From IMG/VR virus record IMGVR_UViG_2883068021_000001, positions 1 through 64,000 of that record: a DNA stretch of 64,000 bases; one strand, written 5' to 3'. Each line of letters starts with the position of its first letter. Positions within the stretch are counted from its first letter, which is position 1. The position numbers and the translations under genes were made by a program. The DNA comes from a virus. Its lineage: Duplodnaviria > Caudoviricetes. The notes beneath the pieces were generated by a model. It worked only from the letters and a program-made list of their open reading frames with translations, did not search any database and was not told where the DNA came from. Positions 17,784 through 27,166 of this stretch are shown piece by piece.

Positions 17784-19137
17784 CGGTACTAATGTCGTCA
17801 GCCGGGGCGCTCAGTTCGTCAAGCGGCACCAAGTTGGCAGGTGCATACCTGCGGTTCATGACGGGATCGGTTTCGTCGATCTCCCAGCCCAGGTATTCTA
17901 GCATCTGGTTAGGGGTGAGCGGCCAGATCTTCATCACGGCGTTCACCTGCTTCTCCAGATCCTCCTGCAGCTCCGGGATGGCCGAGAAATCCGGCTCCAG
18001 CCAATAGCGCCGGCCGTCTTTGTACATCGGCAACAGCCAGGCATTCAGGTCATCGCGCAAGGAGCACCACTCCGGTATGATCTTGTTGGTAACGAACGAT
18101 TTTATGGATGCCTCCAGGTTGGCCAGCGTACCCTTGCTGGGGTCGAGGATAACCGGCGGAAAGCCGAACACGTTGCACAAATCCTCTTTGGACATGCGCT
18201 TCACGCCCTCCATAGCCATTTCCTGCATAGTCTGGCCGAGGTTGATATACCCCAGTTCGGTATTGGCGAGTCCGACGCGGCCAAGATTCTGGATCCCGTT
18301 TACTTCCTGGTCGAGCCTGTCCTGCAGCTGATCCCGCTGCTCCACGGACATGCCCTTCTCCCCTTTCGCGAACATCACGCCCTTGCTGCCGAGGTTCTGC
18401 ATAACGGTCGCACTGGCGCGGTCGGCTTTGCTGCGCTCCGTGGCGACCATTGCCCCGGCTTGCAGCGGCGCCATACCGTACAGGTGAGACCCGTCGGTCG
18501 ACCAGTTCGGGTTCCAGTATTTCCAGTACAGTACGTCCTCTTTCCGCAGGTTGGTGATGTACCCGTGTTTCAGCTGGTAGCCAACGGGCACGAGGAAATC
18601 AGGGCGTTTGCATACGATGTCGATGTCTTGCGAGGGCAGACACCACAGCTCCAGCGGTTCACCGCCTTCAATGCCTCCGCGGTTCGCCCAGGCTGTGCCG
18701 GCACCGGTAATGAGTTTGAAACCGTAGAGGTTCTCGATGAAGGAGGAGCCGCCCTGCATGGGATTCGGCCGCGCCAGCAGGTCAAGTACCGGGTGGGTGT
18801 CCACCGCCTTCAGCGCCTTCCGCCGCAACTTTGTAGCCTCGATCGCTGCCGCTTTGGTGGTTGGAAAGCCACTACCCAAAAGCACCTTATACCGCTTGAA
18901 GGCGGCATCATTGGTCTTTTCGTAGAGATGAAGGGGAACGGTGGAGAACTTTCGGGCAGAATAGGAAATGATCGCGTATACGATCGCGTTGGCGGAATAC
19001 CCGTTCTTCACATACTGGTTGGTGTTCTGCAAGTTGGATACCAACTGCGCTCCCACCTCCCGCATGCCGCCATTATTCACCGGCAATCGGCCTCCAAAGG
19101 CCTGTGCCGCGTATTTCAAGCGTTGGACAATGTTCAT
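17740..19137 (-). CDS. Portal protein (HK97 family)
   Basis: HPVLDLLARPNPMQ, LYGMAPLQA and LCNVFGFPP motifs. Confidence 0.93.
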   Translation of the reverse strand: MNIVQRLKYAAQAFGGRLPVNNGGMREVGAQLVSNLQNTNQYVKNGYSANAIVYAIISYSARKFSTVPLHLYEKTNDAAFKRYKVLLGSGFPTTKAAAIEATKLRRKALKAVDTHPVLDLLARPNPMQGGSSFIENLYGFKLITGAGTAWANRGGIEGGEPLELWCLPSQDIDIVCKRPDFLVPVGYQLKHGYITNLRKEDVLYWKYWNPNWSTDGSHLYGMAPLQAGAMVATERSKADRASATVMQNLGSKGVMFAKGEKGMSVEQRDQLQDRLDQEVNGIQNLGRVGLANTELGYINLGQTMQEMAMEGVKRMSKEDLCNVFGFPPVILDPSKGTLANLEASIKSFVTNKIIPEWCSLRDDLNAWLLPMYKDGRRYWLEPDFSAIPELQEDLEKQVNAVMKIWPLTPNQMLEYLGWEIDETDPVMNRRYAPANLVPLDELSAPADDISTDVEKLLRNGISDYK

Positions 19138-19188
19138 TTGCCGTGTTTTACGGCCAAATCGGGAGAGAACCGGAGCCAGAGAAAATAT

Positions 19189-20625
19189 CTAGAACCATTC
19201 CTTTTGCGGCTGCGTGTGCCGCTGGATGGCTTGTACTATTGCGTCGTTCAGGTCATCGTGCAGGCCGTTCGGGAACGCCAGCAGACCCTGTTCGGGATCG
19301 TCGTACAGCATATCGACGAGACTTTGCCGGATAAACACCAGGCCGGCTTCCACCGGCGGCGTCGCCATCTTCGTCCGGGCGATCTTGTCGCCACCAACCA
19401 CCTGCACCTCGATCGCCGGTATGCCATTGGACACCAGCGTCTGTTTGGCGCTTTTACCGGAAGCCTTCGCCTCGACGTAGTGTGGCGCCGGCAGCAGCTT
19501 CATAAACCGGATCAGCTGCGGGAACTCCTTTTTGGCGTGCCCGATCTTGTCGATGAAGATCTTACGGCCCTCCTTCAGCCGGATGGCACCGGATGTACAA
19601 TACGCGCTGGCGTCATTCTTCTGCGCCTCCGTATAGGCCGTGTCCCAGTCAGAACCGTAGTCCTCCAGCTGGTCGGGCGTCGGGAAAGCGTTGTCCGGAA
19701 TAGCGATGAACCACCGCTTCCATATCCCACCATCCTCCGGCGCCGGGCGCTGCTGGATCTGGCCGGCATATCCGTAGCTGCCAAGATCGGTCTGGAGCTT
19801 TTCCAGGGCTTCGCGCGGTAACCGCCGAACGTCCAGCAACCCGTCAATGTACCGATCCTTCAATTCAGCTGGATGGACGTCCTTACTGAGTTCGCCCGGC
19901 AGACAGATGTACCGCAGCAGCTTCTTTTTTCGCCATTCTCCGGCGGGATCCGCCTCGTGGAGGCGCTGCATGACCATAATGGTCACCGAACGCTTTTTAT
20001 CCGTTTTCCGGGTCGCCAGCGTGCGGGAAACGAACCTCGTCGCTTTCTTCAGGTCGGTATCGCTGGTCGCCTGTTCCGGATTCAGCGGATCGTCGATCAG
20101 GATAAAGTCGCCATGCATCCCGGTAACCCGTCCGCCGGTGCTGGTTACGAAACGTTCGCCTTTCGCGTCGTTCTTGTAATGCGTCTTGCCGTCGGTGTCG
20201 TCTTTGAACTTTACGTAGTCCTTGCCGAACAAGGCCTGGAACTTCTCCGACTTCAGGCAATCCCGCGTTTTAACAGCGTGCGCCGTGGCAAGATCTGCCG
20301 CGTAGCTGCTGGAAATAATCCTGGCTGATCGGTCTTTCACCCACAACCAGGCCGGGAACAGCTGCGTAACGATGGTACTTTTCGTGGAGCCTGGCGGTAC
20401 GTTTATCAGGACATCGTCCTGCGATTCGCCCCGCGCCCACCTCTCGTACACATCCTGCAGTTCATCACAGATGTACTCGATGTGCCAGTTGGGCACCAGC
20501 TCCGCCGCCTCGATCGTTTCCCACATTTCGAGAAAGAACCGGTAAAAACGGCGTCTACACAGCTCCGCCAGCGCTTTATTCGGATCCAGCGCCGGAAGCC
20601 CGGACGATTTCTTCAAGTGCTCCAT
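19189..20625 (-). CDS. terL: Terminase large subunit
   Basis: INVPPGSTKS Walker A, ILIDDP Walker B, MQRLH, and C-terminal nuclease SDWDTA...HDDLNDA. Confidence 0.95.
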   Translation of the reverse strand: MEHLKKSSGLPALDPNKALAELCRRRFYRFFLEMWETIEAAELVPNWHIEYICDELQDVYERWARGESQDDVLINVPPGSTKSTIVTQLFPAWLWVKDRSARIISSSYAADLATAHAVKTRDCLKSEKFQALFGKDYVKFKDDTDGKTHYKNDAKGERFVTSTGGRVTGMHGDFILIDDPLNPEQATSDTDLKKATRFVSRTLATRKTDKKRSVTIMVMQRLHEADPAGEWRKKKLLRYICLPGELSKDVHPAELKDRYIDGLLDVRRLPREALEKLQTDLGSYGYAGQIQQRPAPEDGGIWKRWFIAIPDNAFPTPDQLEDYGSDWDTAYTEAQKNDASAYCTSGAIRLKEGRKIFIDKIGHAKKEFPQLIRFMKLLPAPHYVEAKASGKSAKQTLVSNGIPAIEVQVVGGDKIARTKMATPPVEAGLVFIRQSLVDMLYDDPEQGLLAFPNGLHDDLNDAIVQAIQRHTQPQKEWF

Positions 20626-21040
20626 CGCTCAACTTCCCGTAGTCCACGTTTATCTTTTCTCCCTGCGTGGTAACATCGGTACGCTCCACCAGGCCGTTCA
20701 ATCGTTGCGTGATGCTGGGGTTATAAATTCCCGCCATGCCGCCCTCGATTTGATCCTGCCTGATTTCGCGGCGTATACGCGCGCAGATACTTACGAAGGC
20801 TTCGTAACGCCCTTCGTAGTTCATGAAATAGTGCGCTAGTGTGCCAATCACACCTAATCCTTCTACGTAGTTCTCAAACCCTTCGAGGGTAAGTGGCTTT
20901 TCACGACGCTTATGAACCTCTACGGCATCCTTTCCGACGTAGTCATGTACCTCAAAAGGCGAAGTCTTTACCAGCTGCTTATATGCTTCAAACAGCTGGT
21001 AAAGGCGTTCGGGACTACTGATGCTTTTCGGTCGTCCCAT
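20576..21040 (-). CDS. terS: Terminase small subunit (P22 gp3-like)
   Basis: MGRPKSI...KPLTLEGF...QIEGGMAGIYNPSITQRLNGL. Confidence 0.88.
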   Translation of the reverse strand: MGRPKSISSPERLYQLFEAYKQLVKTSPFEVHDYVGKDAVEVHKRREKPLTLEGFENYVEGLGVIGTLAHYFMNYEGRYEAFVSICARIRREIRQDQIEGGMAGIYNPSITQRLNGLVERTDVTTQGEKINVDYGKLSDGALEEIVRASGAGSE

Positions 21041-21296
21041 GCTTTTTAGGTTTTTGTGGTCTTACGGTGTGCGTGTAGCCCTTCGAAACCGGGGCGCGCA
21101 ACGGGGAGATGATGAGGTTTACCCATCCATCTTTGTCGGGAAGGGAATTGATCTGGGCAATGAATTGCTCGCGCTTGATGCCGATAAGCAATTCGCCACT
21201 GCTCTCTTTCACGTTAATTCCTTGGATCATTGCCGAGTGTTTGTGAGTTACACCGGCTATAAACTGTGTGGGTAATCGGGTAGCCTGATGTAACAA
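21015..21296 (-). CDS. Hypothetical protein
   Basis: Operon orientation; the likely start is MIQGINV. Confidence 0.5.
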   Translation of the reverse strand: MLHQATRLPTQFIAGVTHKHSAMIQGINVKESSGELLIGIKREQFIAQINSLPDKDGWVNLIISPLRAPVSKGYTHTVRPQKPKKHGTTEKHQ

Positions 21297-21318
21297 AAAT
21301 AGTAAAAATTTGAATTCG

Positions 21319-22731
21319 TTATACTTTTTGCGCCACGCCGAAATATTTTTTTACCCGTGCCTTTACCGCACGCATCAACGCGTCCTGGGAATCGGCTTTA
21401 TCCCCCAGCGTCACCATCACATCCTCGTCCATGGTGCCGGTGGCGACCAGGTGATGAACGATCACTGCGTTGTCCTGGCCGAGCCGATGCAGTCGGGCGT
21501 TGGCCTGCTGGTAAAGTTCCAGGCTCCACGTTAACGAGAACCATACAATGATATTACCGCCAGCTTGCAGGTTGAGTCCGTGCCCCGCGCTGGCAGGATG
21601 CGCCAGGAGAACGCGGGTTTTGCCTTCGTTCCACTTACGGATGTCGTCAGAACCCTTCAACTCCTGAGGCTTATAGGCTGCCAGGTGCCTGTGAAGGCGC
21701 TGCAGGTCGTGCTTGAACCAGTAGAATACCAACACCGGCGCACCATTGGCCGACTCGATGATCTCCTCCAGTGCTTCCAGCTTTTCGGTGTGGAACTCGT
21801 GCGCCATCTTCTCCTCGTCGTATACCGCGCCGTTGGCGAACTGCAGGAGCTTGCCGGACAATGCCGCCGCATTAACCGCGGTGATCTCGTTGTTGTCAGC
21901 CAGTGCCAGCACCTGCCGACGTTCGAACTCCTGGTACTGGTCCATGATCTTCGCCGGGAGACGCACCTGCACGAAACGATCAATGCGCTCCGGGAGTTGC
22001 AGGTAGTCCGCAGCCTTCATGGAAATGCAGATATCGCCAATCTTGTCGTAGATCTCCTTCTCCATGATCCCAGCACCCATGATGCCGTCGTCCTTCTGGC
22101 CGTTCAGCACGTAGTCGTACACCACGTGACCATTGCGGCGGCCAGCTGAGAAATACTCCGTTCGGAACCCGGTGATGGTTTTGCCCAGGCGCTTGCCCTG
22201 GTCCAGCAAGTATAGCTGCGGCCACAGGTCGATAATGTTATTGGGCGCCGGTGTGCCGGTCAGGATCACCACGCGGTTGATCTTCGGACGGACGGATCGT
22301 AGCACTTTGAACCGCGCCGCCTTCGGTGACTTGAAGCTGCTGGACTCGTCAATGACCAGCATATCAAACGGCCACGCTCCCCCCAGCTGGGCCACCAGCC
22401 ATACAACGTTGTCGCGGTTGATGACATAGATATCGGCGGAGGCCTTCAGCGCCTGCAGGCGTTGCTTTTCTGTGCCCAGTACCCGAGAGATCCGCAGGTG
22501 TCGGAGGTGGTCCCATTTGGCACATTCGGTCGTCCAGGTATCCTCCGCCACGCGCTTCGGGGCGATCACCAGCACCCTACCGACCTCCATGTACTGCCGC
22601 ATCAAACGGTCAATCGCGGTCAACGTGGACACCGTTTTGCCGAGACCCATTTCCAGGAACAACCCTGCGGCTGGGTGTTCGATGATGTGCTCGGTGGCGT
22701 GTTCCTGATAGGGGAAAGGGGCGTACTTCAT
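21319..22731 (-). CDS. SNF2-family helicase
   Basis: LEMGLGKT, LVIDESS, LTGTP and HPASAGHGLNLQ...QANARLHR motifs. Confidence 0.95.
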   Translation of the reverse strand: MKYAPFPYQEHATEHIIEHPAAGLFLEMGLGKTVSTLTAIDRLMRQYMEVGRVLVIAPKRVAEDTWTTECAKWDHLRHLRISRVLGTEKQRLQALKASADIYVINRDNVVWLVAQLGGAWPFDMLVIDESSSFKSPKAARFKVLRSVRPKINRVVILTGTPAPNNIIDLWPQLYLLDQGKRLGKTITGFRTEYFSAGRRNGHVVYDYVLNGQKDDGIMGAGIMEKEIYDKIGDICISMKAADYLQLPERIDRFVQVRLPAKIMDQYQEFERRQVLALADNNEITAVNAAALSGKLLQFANGAVYDEEKMAHEFHTEKLEALEEIIESANGAPVLVFYWFKHDLQRLHRHLAAYKPQELKGSDDIRKWNEGKTRVLLAHPASAGHGLNLQAGGNIIVWFSLTWSLELYQQANARLHRLGQDNAVIVHHLVATGTMDEDVMVTLGDKADSQDALMRAVKARVKKYFGVAQKV

Positions 22732-22958
22732 GGCTTTTCGAAATTTACCATGTTCATTCTTTCCAAATAATCCATGACATCCGAGTCACGATCAAAACCG
22801 CCCCCGCTCCTTCCGTCTTTATGCTTGTACCCCCAATGCTCCCCATCATATCCGCCCTTTGCGATCCTGTAAATGGTAAATCCTTGTTTTTGAAAGGCGG
22901 ATATTCTCCTAGCATGTGCCTTTCTTCCTTCTTCTTGTTTCTCCCTTTTACTACTCAT
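22728..22958 (-). CDS. Hypothetical protein
   Basis: 76 aa; overlapping stop/start with both neighbours. Confidence 0.65.
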   Translation of the reverse strand: MSSKREKQEEGRKAHARRISAFQKQGFTIYRIAKGGYDGEHWGYKHKDGRSGGGFDRDSDVMDYLERMNMVNFEKP

Positions 22959-23236
22959 AACTCAATGATTTTAAAAAAGTTCTGTAATGTTTCTTCATCC
23001 CATATCACCGTCACTTCAAAGCCCATCCGGCGGAGTTTGCGATGAACCGTCTGCTGGCGTGGGCTCAGTGATCCGCCTGGCGCCTTCATCTCTACGATCC
23101 AGAACCGGCCGCCGGGCATCAGGACAATCCGGTCAGGAAAGCCGGTGAACATCAGGATGAAAATTTTGATCGCCAGTCCGCCCAGTTTCTTCACACGTTC
23201 ACGGAGTCGGGTTTCGAGTTTTGATTCTTGTGCCAT
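22955..23236 (-). CDS. VRR-NUC domain nuclease
   Basis: ESKLE...GFPDRIVL...VEMKAPGG.LSPRQ; start MAQESK at 23236. Confidence 0.9.
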   Translation of the reverse strand: MAQESKLETRLRERVKKLGGLAIKIFILMFTGFPDRIVLMPGGRFWIVEMKAPGGSLSPRQQTVHRKLRRMGFEVTVIWDEETLQNFFKIIEL

Positions 23237-23245
23237 TTTCAGGTT

Positions 23246-23483
23246 TGTTGCCACTGTTCCACTGTTACCACAAATTCCCATACATTCTATTACGCGTGTT
23301 TAGGCGAGTGTTATTCTTATCTACATCCCCTAATTAACCTTTTCGATAAGTTATAGTATTTCGTGGTAACAGTGGTAACAATTGGTTAGGATTCCTTACT
23401 GTATTGTCTTTCGATGTTACCACGACTTATTTTTCGTGGTAACATTCGTGGTAACAGTGGTAACATCATCTGTTACCACGAAA
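23246..23483. repeat. Cluster of GTGGTAACA 9-mers, putative replication origin
   Basis: Exact copies at 23263(rc), 23363, 23372, 23415(rc), 23436, 23448, 23457 and 23471(rc), plus degenerate copies at 23246 and 23255. Confidence 0.8.
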
Positions 23484-25891
23484 TCAGTTCTCACGTAGCC
23501 TTTTTGTAAACCATAGAAGCCAAATCGTGACTTCGCCGACCTACATTCATCCCACCCCTTCATTGCCCGCATCATGTCGTGTACTTCCTTCGTGTTGTAT
23601 TTGTTCATCTCCTTCTGCTGCCCTCCCAGCACCTCGCACCATATCTCCGCCACGCAGACACGGGTGCGTTGGTGAGTGCCTGGCGCCGCCAGTTCATCGC
23701 CAGCCAGGAACGCGCGGCGCTGGTAGATGTCCATTTGCTCCCAGTTGTCCGGCAGCAGGGTGTCCAGGTACCGGGCGATCATACCGGCGCGCTCGTCGTG
23801 CTCGGCGTGTTCCGCCTGCACGGCAGTGGCCATGTCTTCGATCTCCTTGGGAAGGAATAACGGCTCCCCGGCCCTGTACAACTCCATCGCCTCTGCCCAT
23901 ACCTGCCCTCTCTCCTCTTCGGTAAGGTGAACGAATACGTCTTTGGTTGGCGGCGTGACGTGGATATCGACAGGCCAGAACCGGCGGTTACCCGTCGGGT
24001 CACGCAGGAAGTTGCGGTTGTTGCTGGTGCCCCACAGGATGCACTGCCGAGGGAAGTCCTCCACGCGCCGGCCATAGGCTACCCGGTAGCGGTCTACCCG
24101 CTTGCTGATGAAGTGCTTTACGATTTCCACCTCCGCGCGTTTAAGCCCGGCGAGCTCCGCCATTTCAAGGATCCATACACCCTGTACGGCTTCATAAGCA
24201 TCTTTTCCCTGCACCGTGGTGAGCGAATCGGAATACCATGCGCCGCCGAGGGCATCGATCAGTGAGGATTTCTTCTTTCCCTGTGGGCCAACAGTTACGA
24301 TCATGTAGTCGAACTTGGCGCCGGGGCGGAAAATGCGGGTGACTGCGGCAACCAGCACTTTACGGATTACAGTGCGTACATAGATATTATCCTCGGCGCC
24401 CAGGTAGTCGATCAGCAGCTGGTCCACACGAGGCACGCCGTCCCATTTCAACCCCTCCAGGTATTGCCGTACCGGGTGGAAGCCGTTGGCGGCGGTAACC
24501 AGGTTCATACCGTCCTGCACCTTCTGCACGCCGGTGATATTGTACACGCTTTCCAGGTAGTGCCTCACGCCGGCGTCGTCCACATCCGTGAGGTAGGCGG
24601 TCTGCGGGGTGACTTTGCGCCACGGCAGGTTCTTCAGCGCCACCTCGCGGCGCTCGAACTGGTTAAGGGCGAAGCGGCCTTTGAGTGCCGGGTCGTTCTG
24701 CAGCACCCGCATGATGTTGTCGATGGTGGAGTAGTAATTACCCTTCTTGTCCACGTCCATATCCGCCAACCATTCATCACTGGCAGGCTCGGCATCCAAC
24801 TCCTGCAGGTCGTCGGAAAAGTCGGCATGCGCCTCCCCAAGCCGTTCGGCACCTAATTGCCGGCGCACCTGGGGGTCTTTGGCCGCGAGCTCCTGCATGG
24901 CGAGGAACGACGGTAGCTTATTGGACGGGGTGTCTTCCCGTGCATCTTCATCCTGCAGGCCGAACCGGTGCAGGCGCACCAGGTCGAACGCGTTGCATAG
25001 CTTGCCGCTGGTCGGGTCAGTCCCGTGGTGACTGTAGGCGTATTTATCATCATACACCACCAGCCCGGCGCTGGTGCTTCCTTCCTTGTAGGTAAAGCGG
25101 TCGGCTACGTCGCAGGTATCGTACACATCCGACAGGTAAACCTCAATAGCCTCGCCGATGGAGTACGTCCGGCAGAATGCACCAATAATGCCCGGCTTCA
25201 GCAACGGGTCGCCCTGCTTGCGCAGTTCGCGGAGCGTAATATCCGATTCGCGGCTGCTGGTCGGCCATTCGCTGCTGTCGCGCCAGTCGCGGTACGACGC
25301 CAGCACATCGTCGGCACAAAGCCAGGGGCCGTCCTGGTGCTCGAAGCGGTAAACCCCATCCTTCGCCGTGGAGGGCCAGTACATGAGCCGCTCCGGTTGG
25401 TAAGTAGTGGGATCGAATAACTCGATGCCGACCATCCCGGCCACCCGCCGCGCGATCGCAACATATTCGTCCGGGCCGACTTCACGATCCAGCGGCAGGA
25501 TAAGCCGTAGGCGCGGCGCTTCCGGGGAATGCTTGTGCGTGCTGTAGAGCGCCGCAGCATTGTCGTGCAGCAGGGTGAATTCGTCCCACACCCCCTGTGT
25601 AGCAAAGTCCAGGTCGAGAGTAAGCAACTGGCGGTGCACGACCGTGCCGGCCTTACGCCGGCCACCAGCCAGGTAGCCGCCAACGAATCCCCCGATATCT
25701 TTTATTTCATCTTGCCGCGACTTCTTCGCCTTCAGGTACTCCTGGTAGGTCTCCGTTGTTCGGTGGGTGGCGGAGAGCTTCGCCACCAGGTCAGACCATA
25801 GCACCTGCTTGTTCTTCCAATTCCGCTCCATCCGGTAGCGGCCAGTGGCGATATCCAGCTGGCCGTCATATTGCATAGTCTGTGATGTCAT
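23417..25891 (-). CDS. VirE-family primase-helicase
   Basis: N-terminal primase-like region (KDIGGFVGG...HKHSPEAPRLRL) and C-terminal VapE/VirE ATPase (GPQGKKKS, ILEMAEL, GNRRFWPV). Confidence 0.92.
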   Translation of the reverse strand: MTSQTMQYDGQLDIATGRYRMERNWKNKQVLWSDLVAKLSATHRTTETYQEYLKAKKSRQDEIKDIGGFVGGYLAGGRRKAGTVVHRQLLTLDLDFATQGVWDEFTLLHDNAAALYSTHKHSPEAPRLRLILPLDREVGPDEYVAIARRVAGMVGIELFDPTTYQPERLMYWPSTAKDGVYRFEHQDGPWLCADDVLASYRDWRDSSEWPTSSRESDITLRELRKQGDPLLKPGIIGAFCRTYSIGEAIEVYLSDVYDTCDVADRFTYKEGSTSAGLVVYDDKYAYSHHGTDPTSGKLCNAFDLVRLHRFGLQDEDAREDTPSNKLPSFLAMQELAAKDPQVRRQLGAERLGEAHADFSDDLQELDAEPASDEWLADMDVDKKGNYYSTIDNIMRVLQNDPALKGRFALNQFERREVALKNLPWRKVTPQTAYLTDVDDAGVRHYLESVYNITGVQKVQDGMNLVTAANGFHPVRQYLEGLKWDGVPRVDQLLIDYLGAEDNIYVRTVIRKVLVAAVTRIFRPGAKFDYMIVTVGPQGKKKSSLIDALGGAWYSDSLTTVQGKDAYEAVQGVWILEMAELAGLKRAEVEIVKHFISKRVDRYRVAYGRRVEDFPRQCILWGTSNNRNFLRDPTGNRRFWPVDIHVTPPTKDVFVHLTEEERGQVWAEAMELYRAGEPLFLPKEIEDMATAVQAEHAEHDERAGMIARYLDTLLPDNWEQMDIYQRRAFLAGDELAAPGTHQRTRVCVAEIWCEVLGGQQKEMNKYNTKEVHDMMRAMKGWDECRSAKSRFGFYGLQKGYVRTDFVVTDDVTTVTTNVTTKNKSW

Positions 25892-25903
25892 GTTTGTTTG
25901 GGT

Positions 25904-26209
25904 TTATTCCTCGCTGCCGGCAATTCCCATAGGCGATTTATTGCTGTAGGTTCCTGCAGGACGTTCGATTTTACGAATGCCATCCTCGTCAAGCTGCAGG
26001 AACTTCGTGGGCGCCTCGTGGCGTTGCCCGGTCAGCTTGGCGTATAGAACCTCTGTCTTTGCGGACTCCACGATAACCTTGCCTACGTCTGAAATCGCTT
26101 TGGAGCGCTCGATCTCGGTGTTGAGCTCCTCTGGGGTCATGTTCTCGTTGGCAAGCCGTTCGAGCGCGGCGAACATGTGATCACGCAGGTCACTGATTTT
26201 GTTTTTCAT
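25904..26209 (-). CDS. Conserved phage hypothetical protein
   Basis: MKNKISDLRDHMFAALERL...EIERSKAI..VGKVIVESAK; commonly follows HNH genes. Confidence 0.75.
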   Translation of the reverse strand: MKNKISDLRDHMFAALERLANENMTPEELNTEIERSKAISDVGKVIVESAKTEVLYAKLTGQRHEAPTKFLQLDEDGIRKIERPAGTYSNKSPMGIAGSEE

Positions 26210-26825
26210 CTTTCAACTGTTTAATGCGTTTGTTAATCTGACGGTTGAGTACGCCGCGAAGCTGTACGGTCTGCACAATCGGTTTCGGAAGGTTGTGAAC
26301 GGAGTTGCGTTGCATGAGCTCGCGGCAGGAAACGGCTTCCAGGTTCTCAGGGCGGTAATCCATCGTATCGCCGTTCTTGAAGATCACTTTCAGTCCTCTG
26401 GCCAACGGGCCGTTTTCTTTCTCCCATACGTACCGCTGAAGGGGTATCCATACGGATTGCGAGACCCGGATGAATTTATATGGCACGCCACGCTTATCGT
26501 TTCGTACAGTAATTGCCATATCATACAAGGTATTCGGGGGCAGTTGGCCCTTTTTGAAGCGGTTTTTCGCTGACCGTGCGATACCTTCCGGGCTGCAGTA
26601 CTCCGATTGCTTCCGTCCTTTATTGAATGAGACCTGCCCTTTCTTGAACTGACTTTCTTTCCGAAATCGCTCAATCACTTCCGGCGGAGCCACCAGCCCC
26701 AGCAACGCCATTCGCTGCCGCGCAGCGCTTTCCGATCGCCCCAAAAGGATCGACATCCGTTTTGCCGGCACGGTCAGGTAATTCTTACGTAAAAAATCGT
26801 CTTCCTCTGGCGTGAACTTTCTCAT
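26190..26825 (-). CDS. HNH_3-like endonuclease with N-terminal HTH
   Basis: RYVWEKENGP...VIFKNGD...ENLEAVS; the expected first His appears to be replaced. Confidence 0.78.
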   Translation of the reverse strand: MRKFTPEEDDFLRKNYLTVPAKRMSILLGRSESAARQRMALLGLVAPPEVIERFRKESQFKKGQVSFNKGRKQSEYCSPEGIARSAKNRFKKGQLPPNTLYDMAITVRNDKRGVPYKFIRVSQSVWIPLQRYVWEKENGPLARGLKVIFKNGDTMDYRPENLEAVSCRELMQRNSVHNLPKPIVQTVQLRGVLNRQINKRIKQLKDEKQNQ

Positions 26826-27166
26826 GGCTTATCCTTTTCCAGTGTCTGAATCTCCCGGTTGATGTACCAGATCGCTTTCTGCAGATCCTCGACATGCTTC
26901 GCAGGATCTTTACGCCCGGCACGGCACAGGTACTTCACCGCATTGCCGATGCGGTAATTGAACCCCTGGTCTTCGATGAAGTCGATGACTTCAATGGCGC
27001 CGGCCGTATAATGACCGGGGCGGTTGACGAAGTCATTTTCCGGGCTACACTGTTTTCCCTGCGCGTCTCTTTGCGCAGCGCGTTCAATGGCGCGCTGAAG
27101 ATTCTCTAACCCCGTATCTTTAAAAAATATTTTCATGTCAATCCTTTTTATAAAATGAAGTTTCAA
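26822..27166 (-). CDS. DUF3310 domain protein
   Basis: VNRPGHY...IEVIDFI...GNAVKYL.RAGRK...EDLQKAIWY. Confidence 0.88.
   Translation of the reverse strand: MKLHFIKRIDMKIFFKDTGLENLQRAIERAAQRDAQGKQCSPENDFVNRPGHYTAGAIEVIDFIEDQGFNYRIGNAVKYLCRAGRKDPAKHVEDLQKAIWYINREIQTLEKDKP

Noticed and set aside
18460-19821. Long plus-strand ORFs in the prophage (also 3512-4192, 5118-5792, 5632-6642, 8877-9782, 15727-16413, 27480-28343)
   Set aside because: They are antisense shadows of GC-rich minus-strand genes and have no recognisable motifs.
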